Below, piece after piece: positions 1 through 12,945 of a DNA stretch of 64,000 nt. The position numbers were made by a program, and so were the translations under genes. The notes below the pieces were generated by a model that did not search any database, had not been told where the DNA came from, and saw only the letters and a program-made list of their open reading frames with translations. Position 1 is the stretch's first letter. Each line of letters opens with the position of its first letter. The stretch is from the human T2T-CHM13v2.0 reference genome, Homo sapiens. The DNA is taken from assembly GCF_009914755.1 (NCBI RefSeq), contig NC_060943.1; one strand, 5' to 3'.

Positions 1-118
1 ATACCGAAGTCACGTAGGTGGGCCCGGGCGTGGCTGGAGAGGCCGGCCCGTGTGTCGAAGCCAGCCCCGCAGAAGTCACAGCGCATCAGGCTGAAGGTGC
101 CTGGGTCAAAGTTGGCCA
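1..118 (-). CDS. WIZ: WIZ coding exon (partial, runs off window): VANFDPGTFSLMRCDFCGAGFDTRAGLSSHARAHLRDFG, C2H2 finger
   Basis: Acceptor cacag|TGGCC at 118; phase 1 matches the donors at 1567 and 11092; CxxC..HxxxH motif; recognised WIZ sequence. Confidence 0.95.
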
Positions 119-370
119 CTGTGGAGAGAGGACAGGACTGCCTGAGGTGGAGAGGGGGCTACTCCCCAGCCCCAACCCCTCCCCATATTCAGGGCTTCAC
201 CCTGGACTGCCTTTCTTCCCCGTGGCTGTCCCTTTTGCTCCTGCCTGCTCCTCAGCTCTCAGCTCGTGCATCCTCCCACCCCATTCCAGGAAGCCTGACC
301 CTCCCAGATACCCCCTTCCCACATCTGGCAACGTCAAGGAGGGACCTCTTCTGCAAAAACCCTTCTCCAG

Positions 371-700
<330 letters not shown>

Positions 701-983
701 CTATGAGAGTATTTGATTAATAGCCTTCTCGTGACTATTTTTACTCATGATCACGCAAGTGCTGTAAATTAAATATTTGTTGGATGAAGAAATGGACAAA
801 TGGATGTAATGCCCTCTGCTGGGAGCCTTCTCTGAGCCCTGCAACTGGAGTTAGGGACTTTGTCTCAGCTTCCCCAGCCTCCTGGTTCTCCCAGCTTTCC
901 CTGCATCTCAGCCCTGCTCACTCGGTGTCGTCACTGCCTGGTTTCCTGGTTGTCACCCCTTGCCCCCAACCCCTAGTGCGTAG

Positions 984-1015
984 ACACACACACACACACA
1001 CGCACACACACACAC
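984..1015. repeat. (CA)n microsatellite
   Basis: Direct reading. Confidence 0.9.
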
Positions 1016-1566
1016 TCAAACACCATACTGGCACCTCCCCAAGTGGGCTTTGTGTCTGCCAATGTCAGAACCACCCAGGGTGCTCCTGTTGGAAACAGAC
1101 TTCTGGAATCAGAGCCTTGTACTGTGGGAACTGACAAACCTTACAGGCAGCCCCAGGGGGTTCTGAAGCTGGCCAGTGTGGGGTGGAGGGGGTCCCACCA
1201 CTCCTGGACTGGGCCATGAACTCCAAGAGTCCAAGAACTGCTATTCTGTCCACTGCTGTGTCCCCAGGTCCCCAGAACAGAGGGGAACCTTGCTCAGTAA
1301 ATATTTGTTGAATGGAGGAATGAATGAAATTCTCTGCCTGAGGCTGACTCTTCTACCCACACTCCTTCCTCCAGTGGCTGGAATGGCCAGGGGACTGGGG
1401 CGTCTCCACACATCCACCGACCAGGTGGCCTTTACTGTGGCTCTCAAGTCTCTCAGGAGCAGAGGCCCCAGTGTCCCCCTGCTTGGCGCTAAGGGAGAGA
1501 ATTTAGATCAACGGTGGGTTGCCCAGCCATGTGTCTCCTGGGCCTTTAAAAGTGAAGCTGCCCTAC

Positions 1567-3704
1567 CTTTTTTCTTCTTCTTCTGGAAGGAGAACCTGCG
1601 CTCAATGGCCTTCACCTCCTCAGCGGAGATGAAATGGCGCACATTGTAGCTGACGCCCACGCGGTTCAGGTGGCCCCGGACGTGGTTGGCCAAGCCGATG
1701 CCGTTGTGGAAGCGATCGGGGCAGTAGGGGCATTTCCGCTCCTCGTGCTTCAGTGCCATGGCCGGATCCCCATCCAGGAGTGTGTCCAGCCCCAGCGGGC
1801 CGCCCAGCGGCGCGTCCAGGAGCAGGAAGTCCAGGGGGTGGGCGCCTGCCAGCCCCAGCTCCTCGGGCTGCAACCTTGGGGGCACCCTGGCTGCCGCCAT
1901 GACCTGCGGCCCCAGCTTCGCCACGAGCACAATGGGTACCATCCCTCGGAGCTGCTGCTGCTGCCCCTGGGTGGCCTCTACTGCCTGCAGGGCCTCTCGG
2001 AATGCCTGCTTCAGCTCCAGGGCCGCCTGCGGGATGAGGCTGGGGGTGGCTAGGGGTGAAAAGACCCCATTTTCAGGGGAAAAATCCATCTCGGAGGTCA
2101 GCACTACATCCTCCTCTTCCTCCTCCTCCTCCTCCTCTTCGCTCCAAGGGCGCCTCCGTTCCCCCAGCCCTTGTGGGTGGACGGTGCTTTTGTTTCTCCC
2201 GAGCTGTAAGGAGTAGGGGGTGGATGCTAGTGTGGAGGGAAAGGCCAGCCTTCCGAGAGGCCTCTGGCCCGTGCCATGCAGGAGTGGCTTTGACAGCGGG
2301 AAATCTCTGATGCTCAGCTGCTGGCATCCTGGGCCAAAGGCCAGGCTGGGGTCGTATCCAGCAGGGTTCTCCCGCCACATGGGGGCCAAGGACGGCTCAG
2401 CTTTGCCAAAGTAGTCCACAGCAGTGTCAGGGAAGCAGGCGTGAGCATCCTGGCTAGTGCCTGGCTGGCTGGCAGGGTCTTCCTCATAAGCCTCGCCATC
2501 CTCCTCCCAGTGGGGATGGGCATGCACCAGCCTCACGTGCTCCCTGAGCAGGCTCTCGCTGGGCGCGGGGAAACCACAGAAGACACAGGCGCTGAGGCCA
2601 ACGGCAGCTCCGTAGGGCTGATAGAGGAGGGCGCTGGCCTCAGGGCTGGGGCTGCCAGCCCCGCTGCTGCCTCCAAAAGGCTCTTTGGTGGTCTGGCCTG
2701 GGGGCTCACGCATGTGCAGCTTGGCATGCTGCACATAGGCCCTGGATGAATTGGTGCCAAAGACACACTTAGGGCACTGCAGCCGTGCCTCCCGGCCCTC
2801 GTCTCCTGGAACTTGCTTCAGCTTTTGGATCTCCTCAATGATCTTCTCCCGGGAGGCCTGATGCAGCTGCCGGTGCTGCTCCAGGGCAGTGGGGTCAGCA
2901 AAGGCCCAGCCACACTCCCCGCAGGCCAGCGGGGCCAGGTCCGCAGGGGGCTCCTGGCCCGGGGCTCGGCGGTGCTGGCTCATGTGCTCCAGGAGGTGCT
3001 CCTTCTGCTTGAAGTAGATGCTGCACTCGATGCATGGGAACACGGCCGGCTCCTCGTCCTCGTCCTCATCTGGGCTGGCCACCCCTTCGGCCACCTCCTC
3101 CAGCAGCTCACACAGGTAGGGCCCGGTCCGGATCGGGGGCAGTAGCGGCTGCAGCCGCTCCACAGAAGCCTCCGAGTTCACTGTCCAGGTCTGTGTGGCT
3201 ACCTCCGAGGCTGACGTGGGTAGGCCCCACTCGGACGGCTGGGCCAGCCCCTCCAGGTCCTCCAGATCTTCTCTGCCACCCACCACCGCCATGTCCAGCG
3301 TCTTCGGGGTGTCTTCCACTGGCACAAACACCCTCCTGAAGGGGGCGAGGGGTGGCGGCTGGGCAGGCAGGTCCAAGTGCAGCCCTGCGTCCTGGGGGGA
3401 TCCCTGCTCGTCCTCATCTTGGAGCCAGTCGAACCTGGGGCGGCCCTGGGCATGTTTCTCCAAAAGCCTTGGTTCCCCCCGGTGGTGTAAGAACCTTCTA
3501 GAGCCCTCTAGCTCAGCGTGGGGTTTCATGGTTCTCACAATGACTGAGTCCTCGAATCTCCGCTCAGATAGGATGCCCTCCCCAGCCTCCTGGACAAGGG
3601 GGTGCTCCCAGGGCCCCCGGCCATCAGGGGTACCTGGGAAATGGCCCAGGAGATGGGGTGGTGGGGAGCCCGGCCGGAAGTCCAGGCTGCCTCCATCCCA
3701 GCAG
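1567..3704 (-). CDS. WIZ: WIZ large alternative exon (long isoforms): five widely spaced C2H2 fingers, poly-Glu tract; alternative acceptors at 3704 and 3633
   Basis: Within the 743-aa ORF 1508..3739; fingers CIEC, CGEC, CPKC, CVFC, CPYC; donor AAAG|gtaggg at 1567; acceptors ttgcag|C (3704) and ttcccag|G (3633). Confidence 0.93.
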
Positions 3705-4835
3705 CTGCAAGGAAGTGCCAATGGGGACAGGTTAGCCATGGGCTGCAGTTTTCCTTCCTAGGGTGGTGATGGGGGTCCTCCCAGGCCGTTTGAAGCAGGC
3801 CCCGGAGATCCAGCCCGAGGGTGACAGGGGTGTGGGGGTGAGGGTGGGAGGTAGGGGGAGTCCACGTGGATCCTTCCGGACCTATCGGGTCAAAAGCCAG
3901 GTTCAACTCCTAGGATGCACCTGTCCACAAAGCCTAGCCCCGCTGCATTGTGGGGGAATGTACGGAGACCACCCCTGGGCCACACGGGGATGTGGCCACC
4001 TCTAAGAAGTCTGGTGGCAACAGTCAACTCTCATCTCTCCCCAGGGAGGACCCAAGCCTCTCATCTGTGCTCCAGGCTGCTTCTGTCTTGGTTCTCCCCA
4101 AACTGGGGTGATTTTGCTAATTTAGTTTCACCTCTCCCCCAGATTTGGCGATTAACTTTGTGGCAGAACAGTTCAAAGGAATGTTCCTTTTCCCTGCATC
4201 TCCCCCTCCAGAAAGGCAGAGTCAGGAGAGGTTGAAGGTCCCTGCTAAGCCTTTGGCCCCAGTGATCCTGACCTTCTTGGGCAGAGGGGTGGGAGTGGGG
4301 CTGGGGGAGGCAAGGTAACCACTCTGGGCCTCAGTTTTCCAATCCTGAAATTGGGGGTAATTCCCAAGAACTGGGAACCCCTTTGTCCTTATACAACATC
4401 TGTGGAGCTTTCTCATAGCCATCATCAACAAAAGGTGCTTGCAACACAAGGCAGGTGCTTCTTTAAATGCTCACAACCACAACCTTTCAATGACCCCGCA
4501 GGGTGTAGGGTGAAGATGACACAACTCAGTGCTTGAGAAATGCTTTGTTTCACCTCATGCCTGGCCCAGTGTGGGTTCTTATTATGACCATTTGAGATCG
4601 GTTCTCCCTTCCTTTTCAAGATCCTGCCTCCATCAGGGGATGCCAATCACGCTTATGGAACAGATGTGGAAATGTTCCATTCAGATGTTGGGTGGAGACC
4701 ATAAGGTCACCTTTCTAAGCTCCATCACTGACATGCGATACTAAAAGGACCATCCTCCTGGGGCTGTGGCAAGGATTCAGTGGGGATAAACACATGTTCA
4801 GAGTGTAGCTCATAGCAGCTATTATTAATTAATTA

Positions 4836-5223
<388 letters not shown>

Positions 5224-5664
5224 TTAATAAAGAGTAGGGACCATCAGCATTGCTCTTGATTCCTGCTCTCACCCAATGCCCCTTGGATCCTCAAGGCGAA
5301 TTCATGAGATGCATCTTATGGACTCCATTTTGCAGATGAGAAAACTGAGGCCCAGAGAGGCCTAGTATCATTCTAAGGGTCACCTGGCAGAGAGAGGACT
5401 TGAAGGGTCCAACATCCAGGCTCCTGCCCCTCTGGCCCTGCTCCTGGCAGGGATAATGAGAGTTGACCCTCTGTGTTCATTCCAGACCTCCCCCAACCCC
5501 AGCACACGCCCAGGGGCTTGCCTGCCGGGAGCTGACTCCTCCTCCTGCCTGGCCTCCTGATTCCCTCCTGTCCCCTTCTCATTCCCCAGGGGCTTATCTG
5601 AGGCCTGGGCATGTCCTGCTTGCCCCCCTGCCCTCCCTGAGGTCAGGGCCAGCATGGCACTCAC

Positions 5665-5737
5665 CAGCTGCTGATCCGATGGGTGGCGGAGGTGACACGG
5701 GGGAGGGCTTCGCTGAGGCCGGGATGGGGCTGCCCGT
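5665..5737 (-). CDS. WIZ: WIZ 73-nt cassette exon (DGQPHPGLSEALPRVTSATHRISS)
   Basis: ctctctgttgcag acceptor and TG|gtgagt donor; open in phase 1 from exon 2; joins the 3704 acceptor in frame. Confidence 0.8.
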
Positions 5738-6024
5738 CTGCAACAGAGAGGGGAGACCCTGAGGGGCTGGGGTCCCCCTGGCCGGGGCCCTCCACACCCC
5801 AGCTCCAGGAGCCCTGCCAGGTGCCTCAGAAAGGCCCTGCTGGCTCCCAGTTCCTCTCCCTGAGAGGCCCGTGGCCTCTGTGGTCCTGAGCCCTGAAAGG
5901 GGTTTCTTTGGAAGAGTCCCCTTGGCTCTCCTGGGGGACCCCAGGGCCTTGCTGCCTTCCAACCCTCCTCTCTTTCCCCCAACCCAGCAGCCAGGGTGGT
6001 TTTTTACAAGCCTCACCCTGGTAA

Positions 6025-6360
<336 letters not shown>

Positions 6361-7380
6361 TAAAAACCAGACTCTTAGCCGCCACCTACAAGGCCCTATG
6401 AGGTCAGACCTCTGCTGGTCTCTCCAACTTCCCCTCTCTCTCCTGGCCCTTCAATGCCTCCATTCTGACTGTATGGGCCTCCTCAGGAAGCCCCAAGCCC
6501 ACCTAACTCTTTTGGGCCTCAGGGCCTTTGCACCTGCTATGCCTTCTGCCCAGGGCACTCATCTCTGACCGCCTAACTCAAATGAGCCCCTATGATTTTC
6601 TCTCTCAGCACCTGTTTCATTTCTTTCTTAGAACTTTCTGAAATCACCTGGCTCTTTCTTGGGATGACTGCTTGCTGGGTCCCCTACTAGCATGTAGTCA
6701 CAGTAGACCAGGTACTTTGTCGGCTTCGTTCACTGCAGCATTCTAGCACCTGGCATGGAGCAAGTGCTCAGCAAATCCTTGCCAGATGATGAACGAGGCA
6801 CCTGTTCTAACCTGAGCTGCAGAGAGCCCATCCCTGCCTTCTGCACCCTCTCCCAGGCCTATGTCCTGAAATCCAATCCCCTCCTGGGACCCCCTCCCCA
6901 CCAACACAGATGGAGCCAACTCTCTATTATCCGCCTGTGGAGCCAATGCCTGGAGCGACCACAGGAATCCTGGCCTGCATCTCTGCCCGCCACACTTGCC
7001 TGACGTGGGTAAGCTTGCCAATCGGGGAGCAGGCCAATTGCCCGGGCCAAGGTTAACACACTGGGGGAACTTGTGCCCCGTCCAGAGCCCGACAGATGCA
7101 ATTGTTGGATTAGCCTCAATTTGAGGATGGTCCAGAAAAAGGGATAGGGCTGGGGCGAATTCTTTTTCCAATCCCTCATCATCCAATTGGCCCGAGAAAT
7201 TGAGAGCTGACTGCTGAGAGTCAAGGGATAAAAGTGGAGGTAGGGTGGGGAGAGGGTGTTGACCAGAAAGGTGTGGTCACTGGCTGAGGGTCCTTCTTCT
7301 GAACCCAAGAAAAGGGTTGTGACTGTTGTGTGACCTCTGGAAGGGGTGGTGGGGGTATGGAAATTTGCATCATCTACAGC

Positions 7381-7588
7381 GCAAGGTGTCTCAACATCAG
7401 CACCATTGGCATTTGGGGCCAGATCATTTTCTGGGGTGGGGTCCATCCTGTGCATTGCAGAATGGTGAGCAGCATCCTTGGCCTCCACACCTCCCCAGCC
7501 CTCGGTCATGACAACCAAAATTGTCACCAAACATTACCAAAGTGTCCCCTGGAGGGGGAGGCGAATCACCCCCATTTGAGAACCACCA
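7381..7588. mobile_element. MER20-like hAT DNA transposon fossil
   Basis: tctcaac...gcagcatccttggcc...gacaaccaaaa...ttgagaaccac layout. Confidence 0.7.
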
Positions 7589-10500
7589 GGATACACTGAT
7601 GGGCAGCAGAGCTGTGCCTGGGTGCAAGGGCTGGTTTTAGGATGGGGGTGTTGGAGAGGGCGTTCAGAGTTGGGAAAGAAAGGCCTGGCCCAGCCAAGAA
7701 ACAGGGGCTCTAGAGAACATGTGAGTCATAGATTTGACTTTTTTCAGGAGAGGGCAGCCGGTTCACATATAACCTGCCCTAGCATGACCTAGAGGTGTGG
7801 GTCTGAGGGTCCCGGGCATCCTGCTTTTGAGGTTCTAGGACCCCAAGCTCCCAAGATTCCGGGCGTCCCAGATTTGATGATTCTGCGATTGCTGTTGTCT
7901 AAGAATTCCAAGAGCCAGGGGACCGCGTGGCCTCTTTGTCTGAGCAATTCCAGCGAGGCTCCTATTTTTAGTGGCAGTGACTTTGGAGGAAGCAGGCCAA
8001 GCAGTGCCCTGTGTCCAAGACACCTTGGGGGTGGGGGCTTCACCCAGAGGCCTCCACAGTTGATGGGGATCCAGGAGTCCCTACGGGTCAGATGAGGCGC
8101 TAGGTCGCAGCCCTTAGGCAGTGGCCATGCCAAGGGGCCCTTGTTGGCTCCTGCCATCTGGGTTCCCCGAGAGAGTTTGCAAATGCTGATGGCAAGGGGT
8201 GTCCATAAGCAGCCTGAACTCCAAGCCTGGGGTTCAACTTGGTAGAGTGGCCAAGAACCTAGATTCTGGAGCCAGACAGATCCGAGTTCAATACCCCAGG
8301 GGTGCCCTGAAGGGCGTGCCTCTCCCACTCCGAGCCTTGGTTTCTTCCGCTGTGCAATGGGAACAGCCACCGACCCAGTCTCGCAGGGCCAGCAATGGGT
8401 GCCAGCAAGATTGTAGTAAATGCTCCATCCAGAGAAGTGGCGGTGGAGGGGAAGAAGGCTGGTGGGAGGCCTGGGGGATCAGGGCTGGTTCAGCGATGTC
8501 TCAAGGGGGAAGCTTGAGGCTAGACCCCAGAGCCTCAGGTCCGGTCACTCCATGCTCTGATTTTCTCCCCAGGCTGGGGCCTCAAGACAGCAGAAATGAT
8601 ATGTCATTTGTCCCTGGGTGCCCTGTCCCCAACACAATGCCAGGCATGTACCAGACTCTTCATCGATCCATACAGACCACCTCAGCCCCTGAGTCTTTTC
8701 TGAACCTGGGAGGCCCAACCAGAGAGGCAGGAGCTGCAGAGGGGGTGTGGGAGCTCTGGGTAAACAGCCGTAACGGGGGACAGAGGAGGCAGCGGGCACA
8801 CCCCTGCCCAGGCAGGGAAGTTTGGAGGTGGCCACTCCAGTGTGCTCTTGGGGGGCTCTGAGGGCTGAGTGGGGATAAAGGAAGGCCCAGGCTTTGGGGT
8901 GGAATAGCAGCCCCAGAGCCTGTTCCTATTTATAGGCATCACAAGACTAGTAGGGCAGGTGCCCGTGTCCCGGAGGGGGAGATCAAGCGGGCAGAGAGGG
9001 CAGTGGGAGAGACGTGGTGTCCCAAACCCAGGCATTCTTCCAACATTCAGGCCATGACCTCACTCCAAGTCAAGCCATTCCTATCCCTGCCCCCAGCTGC
9101 TGAGGGAAACCTTCAAGGGTGGGCCTGGCCCCCCTCAGCAGCCACATTTCTCTCTTCCCCAAGCTATAAAACAGATGCACGTATGAGACCCTGGGTGATT
9201 CCCCAGTGGGAGTGAGGATGCACCTACCTGCCTGCTTTTCCCCTCTCCCCAGACCTGGGGCATCTGCGAGGTAGAGAAGAGATGTCCAATCCCTCGGAAC
9301 CAGACCCAGAGAGGACCCTGGGATCCCTAGAGCCTGTACCCTCAGGCTCCCACAAAATCAAAGTCCCCGCCCAGCCCTGGCCGGCTGTGCGACCTGGCAC
9401 AAGATTCTGCCTCTCTCTGAGCCTCAGTTATTAACTCAGTTATTAATGGCTTAGAGGAGGGGATTGCTAAAGTTTCCCTGAGTGCTGATACTCTGGAGTT
9501 GGGTGTACCCTCTGCCCTCAGGGGTCTCACCTTGCCACCCCACTGCCTGACACCTGCAGATGCCACCAGCTACCTCTAAGCCTTGGCATGTACACAGCCC
9601 CCTGCCTAGATGCTTGCTTCCCCCTTGGTCTGGCTCATTGTCCCTCATCCTACCTCTCACTTCCTGCAGGAACTCCTGGTTGCTCCCCACCAGGTGCTTT
9701 CCTCATCACAGCCCCAGCCGCTGTGTCATAACACCTGGTGACATAACACCGGGTCATAACACGGTATCATAACATCTGTCTCCCCAGCCTCAGATGGTGG
9801 GGTCTATGAGAGCGAGGATGGTGTGTGCTCAGTCACCGCTGTGCCCCAGGGCGTGGCCCCTAGAAGATGCTGTGTATTTATAAATATCCGAGCATCATGA
9901 GTTGTAAAGGTGGCCAGAGCAGGTCAAGGATCTGTGAGGATGCAGCAGGGTGGTTAAGAGTGAGGGCTGTCAAGCCATGTTACTCCCTGGCTAGGTGACG
10001 TTGGGCAACTTATGTCACCGCTCAGGGTCTCAGTTTCCCCATCTCTGACACGGGATAATAATAATGAAGGCTATTCCACAGGGTTCTTTGGAGAATGACA
10101 GAAGATGATCTTGCAAAAGCCTTGGCACGGAGGAAGCCCTTGATGAGGTGTTTGGAGATGGGGGTGGGGGGTGTGATACATCAGCCCACTGTTTTCCAGG
10201 CATACCAGCCTCCTACCAGGTCCTTGGACACGTCAGGCTCCTCCCCACCACAGGGCCTTTGCACTGGCTGTTCCCTCCACCCAGAATGCCCGTCCCACCA
10301 TTCACTCCATGCTCCATTCAAATGCCACTCTATCAGGGAGGGTCTCCCAGGTCTCCCAGGCATGATCCTGGCACTCTGTTTAATGCCTTCACAGCATCTG
10401 TCACTACCTGTCCTTCTGATATTTGTTTAGTTGCTTGTTGTCCATTTCCCCTACTAGAGTGTCAGCCCCTTGAGGGCAGGAATTCTTGCCTCTTTGGTTT

Positions 10501-11091
10501 ACAGCTGTCTTCCCAGTGCCTAGCACATACCCTGGCACACCGAAGGTGCTCAGTATTTAATGAATGAATAACACGTCTGGAGGTGGGGAGAGTGTGAGAT
10601 ACCTTTTTGCTGGGTAAACCAAGGGGTAGCCAGCATCGCTGACTACCCAGCCTCTCCCTAGCCACTACAGAAGCTGTTTTGGCCCGTGGTTCAGGAACAG
10701 GATACACCCAGACAGCCAGAGGGAGCTGGGATAGACTGATGGGAGTGGGGAATACCTGTGGAATAAGTGGGCTGGGGGCAGGGAGTCTGGGGTGCTGAGA
10801 TGGGCCTCTGGACCCAATTAGTATGCTCAGAGGAGGAAGCCAGGCTGACCTGAGTTCAAGTCCCAGCTCCATACCACCCAGTGGGGAGCCTTGGTCTGGT
10901 CACTGGCTCCCAGGACACCTGTTTTCACAACTGTCAAATAAGAAACTAAACAGAGTACAAAGAAAAGGCTCTGGACCCAAGCGGAATCAGCATCCCAGCT
11001 CAGCCGCTGCTGCGCTGGGTGACTTGACTCTCTCTGAGCCTTGGGGAATGGGCTGGATGCTCCCTGGGGGCCACACGGCCCATTCTCTTAC

Positions 11092-11296
11092 CAGAGATGC
11101 CACCTCTGCCATCCAGAATGTCTCGGGGGCCCTCCTTGGTGACAGGCAGGTAACGGGTGGACCGGAAGATGCCACCTTCCCCCTCAGCAGCTTCGGCCCC
11201 ACCCTCGATGTTCTCCCTTGGCGCCGGGCCAGGCAGTCTCTCTGGGCCTTGGGGACGATCTGGTGCAGCCAGGCTGCCTGCCAGAGACCCCTCCAT
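11092..11296 (-). CDS. WIZ: WIZ first coding exon (exon 2 = 11092-11356), start MEGSLAGSLAAPDRPQG
   Basis: ATG at 11296; donor TCTG|gtaag at 11092; acceptor ctatccccag at 11356; 68 codons + 1 nt; recognised WIZ N-terminus. Confidence 0.93.
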
Positions 11297-12536
11297 CGGA
11301 TTTTCTCTGCTTGGATCCACTCAGCTGCTGCACCGGCTCAGCGGGGCATTGTGGGCCTGGGGATAGAGAGAAGGAAGTGCTTAGGGGATGGAGGAAAGGG
11401 AATCTGCCTCAGTTTCCCATCCCTCAAAACCTCAGTCCTCAACTTTGCAGCTCACTGCCTCAGTTTACCTCCCAGCCCAGGGGAGCTAATGGTGTTCAGA
11501 CCTTTTCCACACACCTTCTATCCCAATGGCCCCTACCCTCAGCATGCCTCCGTCTCCCCATCAATAACTCCTCCCCTTTATACAGATCCTGCACTGCCTC
11601 AGTTTACCCATATTGACACATGCACACTCAGCCACCTGGTCTTCTTCCATCAATCTTACCATTTCTCCAGACGCCTCCCTTCATTCACACACAGCTGCAC
11701 TTTCCCCAGTCCTGCCCTCACATCCATGCACACGCACATCCTACTGCCATGCCTTCGTTTCCTCGGCAAGAATCCCAGCCACTTGTACACTCTGATCCTA
11801 TACACCGTCAGGAGTCTCCCATCATTACCCCTTTACTTTTCTCCATTGGGTTGTCCCATACCAATGATCCCTGCACTTTTCCCACACTCCAACCCTTCCC
11901 CCACACAGGACCTTAGGGTTCTCCAGCATTAACCCCTTCACCCCCCTCCACACACACAGCCTCAAGTGACCCCAGCATTAACCCTTTCGCTTCTCCCCAA
12001 CATTATCCCTCATGCATACCCAGCTTGGGCTCCTCCATTCCCCCCACCCCCCAACCAAGATTGCTCTAGTCCTCGGGCGAAAGAAAACGATAGGGCTCCT
12101 GGTCCAGAAATGAGGACCCTGGGGAGCGGGGGTTGTCCTCTCTACCTATAAATACCTTCAAGGTAACGGCGGAAAGTGAAGGGCAGGAATGAGGCGCCCT
12201 CCCCAGGGAGATGGTGGGGAGGCCGGGCCCAGGCAACCGGGGCGGGGCCGGGGCGCCAGGCCTGGTTGCAGGCGCTGCCCTCGGGGGCCTGGGGATTCCC
12301 AGGGGGCTCCTCCGTGGGCTGGCAGTCTTGGTGGGGGTCCCTACCCAGGCCCGGAGGAAGCACCTGCGGTTGTCCACTGGGTGGGCACTGCCCGCGGGGA
12401 ACGGGCGGGACCGCAACTTCGGAGCACTTTGGCAGCGTGGGGAGGGGGCTCCTACCCGGACGCCCCCCAGGGGTCGCAGAGGTGGGGGCTGCGCCGCGCG
12501 GGCCCACTCCTCGGGGGTCCAGGGTCCGGGGGATGA

Positions 12537-12597
12537 GCCCTCCGCCCGTGCACCCCGGGGCAGGAGACCCCGCGGGACGCGCCGAGGTAGGGGGGAC
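12537..12597 (+). ncRNA. MIR1470: Annotated MIR1470 precursor (mature GCCCUCCGCCCGUGCACCCCG at 12537-12557)
   Basis: Matches the hsa-mir-1470 sequence as I recall it; antisense within WIZ intron 1; its status as a true miRNA is doubtful. Confidence 0.75.
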
Positions 12598-12786
12598 ACC
12601 TGCCCCAAGACCCCCGCCCCTCCCCCCACCTGCACGGCCCCGCCCCCGGCCAGGCCCCGCCCCTGAAGGCCCCGCCCCCGCCCCCGCCCCGGGGGGTCCC
12701 GCCTGGCCCGGCCCGGCCCGGGGCCTCCCCCGCCCCGCTACGGCTCCGCCCCACCCGCGGGCTCCCCAGGCCGGGCCGGGCCTCAC

Positions 12787-12945
12787 CGGGGAGGCGGCGC
12801 CGCCGGCCAGGTGCCGGGGCTCGGAGCTCCCCTCCTTGGTGCGGCCGTCGCTGCCGCTACCGCCGCTGCCGCTCCCGGTGCCGGTGCCGCGGCCTCCGCA
12901 GCCGCCGCCGCCTCCACCGCTCGGGGGACATTGTCCCTTTAAATC
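12787..12945 (-). other. WIZ: WIZ non-coding exon 1 (TSS approximate)
   Basis: Donor CCG|gtgagg at 12787 inside the CpG island; GCC-rich leader. Confidence 0.7.

Noticed and set aside
2110-2140. GAG/GAA repeat encoding poly-Glu in WIZ
   Set aside because: Short and interrupted; ordinary acidic tract with no sign of expansion.
3705-3739. In-frame ATG giving a stand-alone 743-aa ORF (MANLSPLALPCS...)
   Set aside because: It lies in the acceptor region and the ORF also runs past the 1567 donor; better explained as an internal WIZ exon with short open flanks.
9725-9775. Four short CATAACA repeats with variable spacers
   Set aside because: Too short and irregular for a functional array; ordinary slippage; CRISPR is not applicable in this mammalian context.
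10823-11932. 369-aa + strand ORF antisense to WIZ exon 2
   Set aside because: No recognisable domain; the distal half runs through C/T-rich low-complexity intron poor in stop codons; no evident promoter or splice structure.
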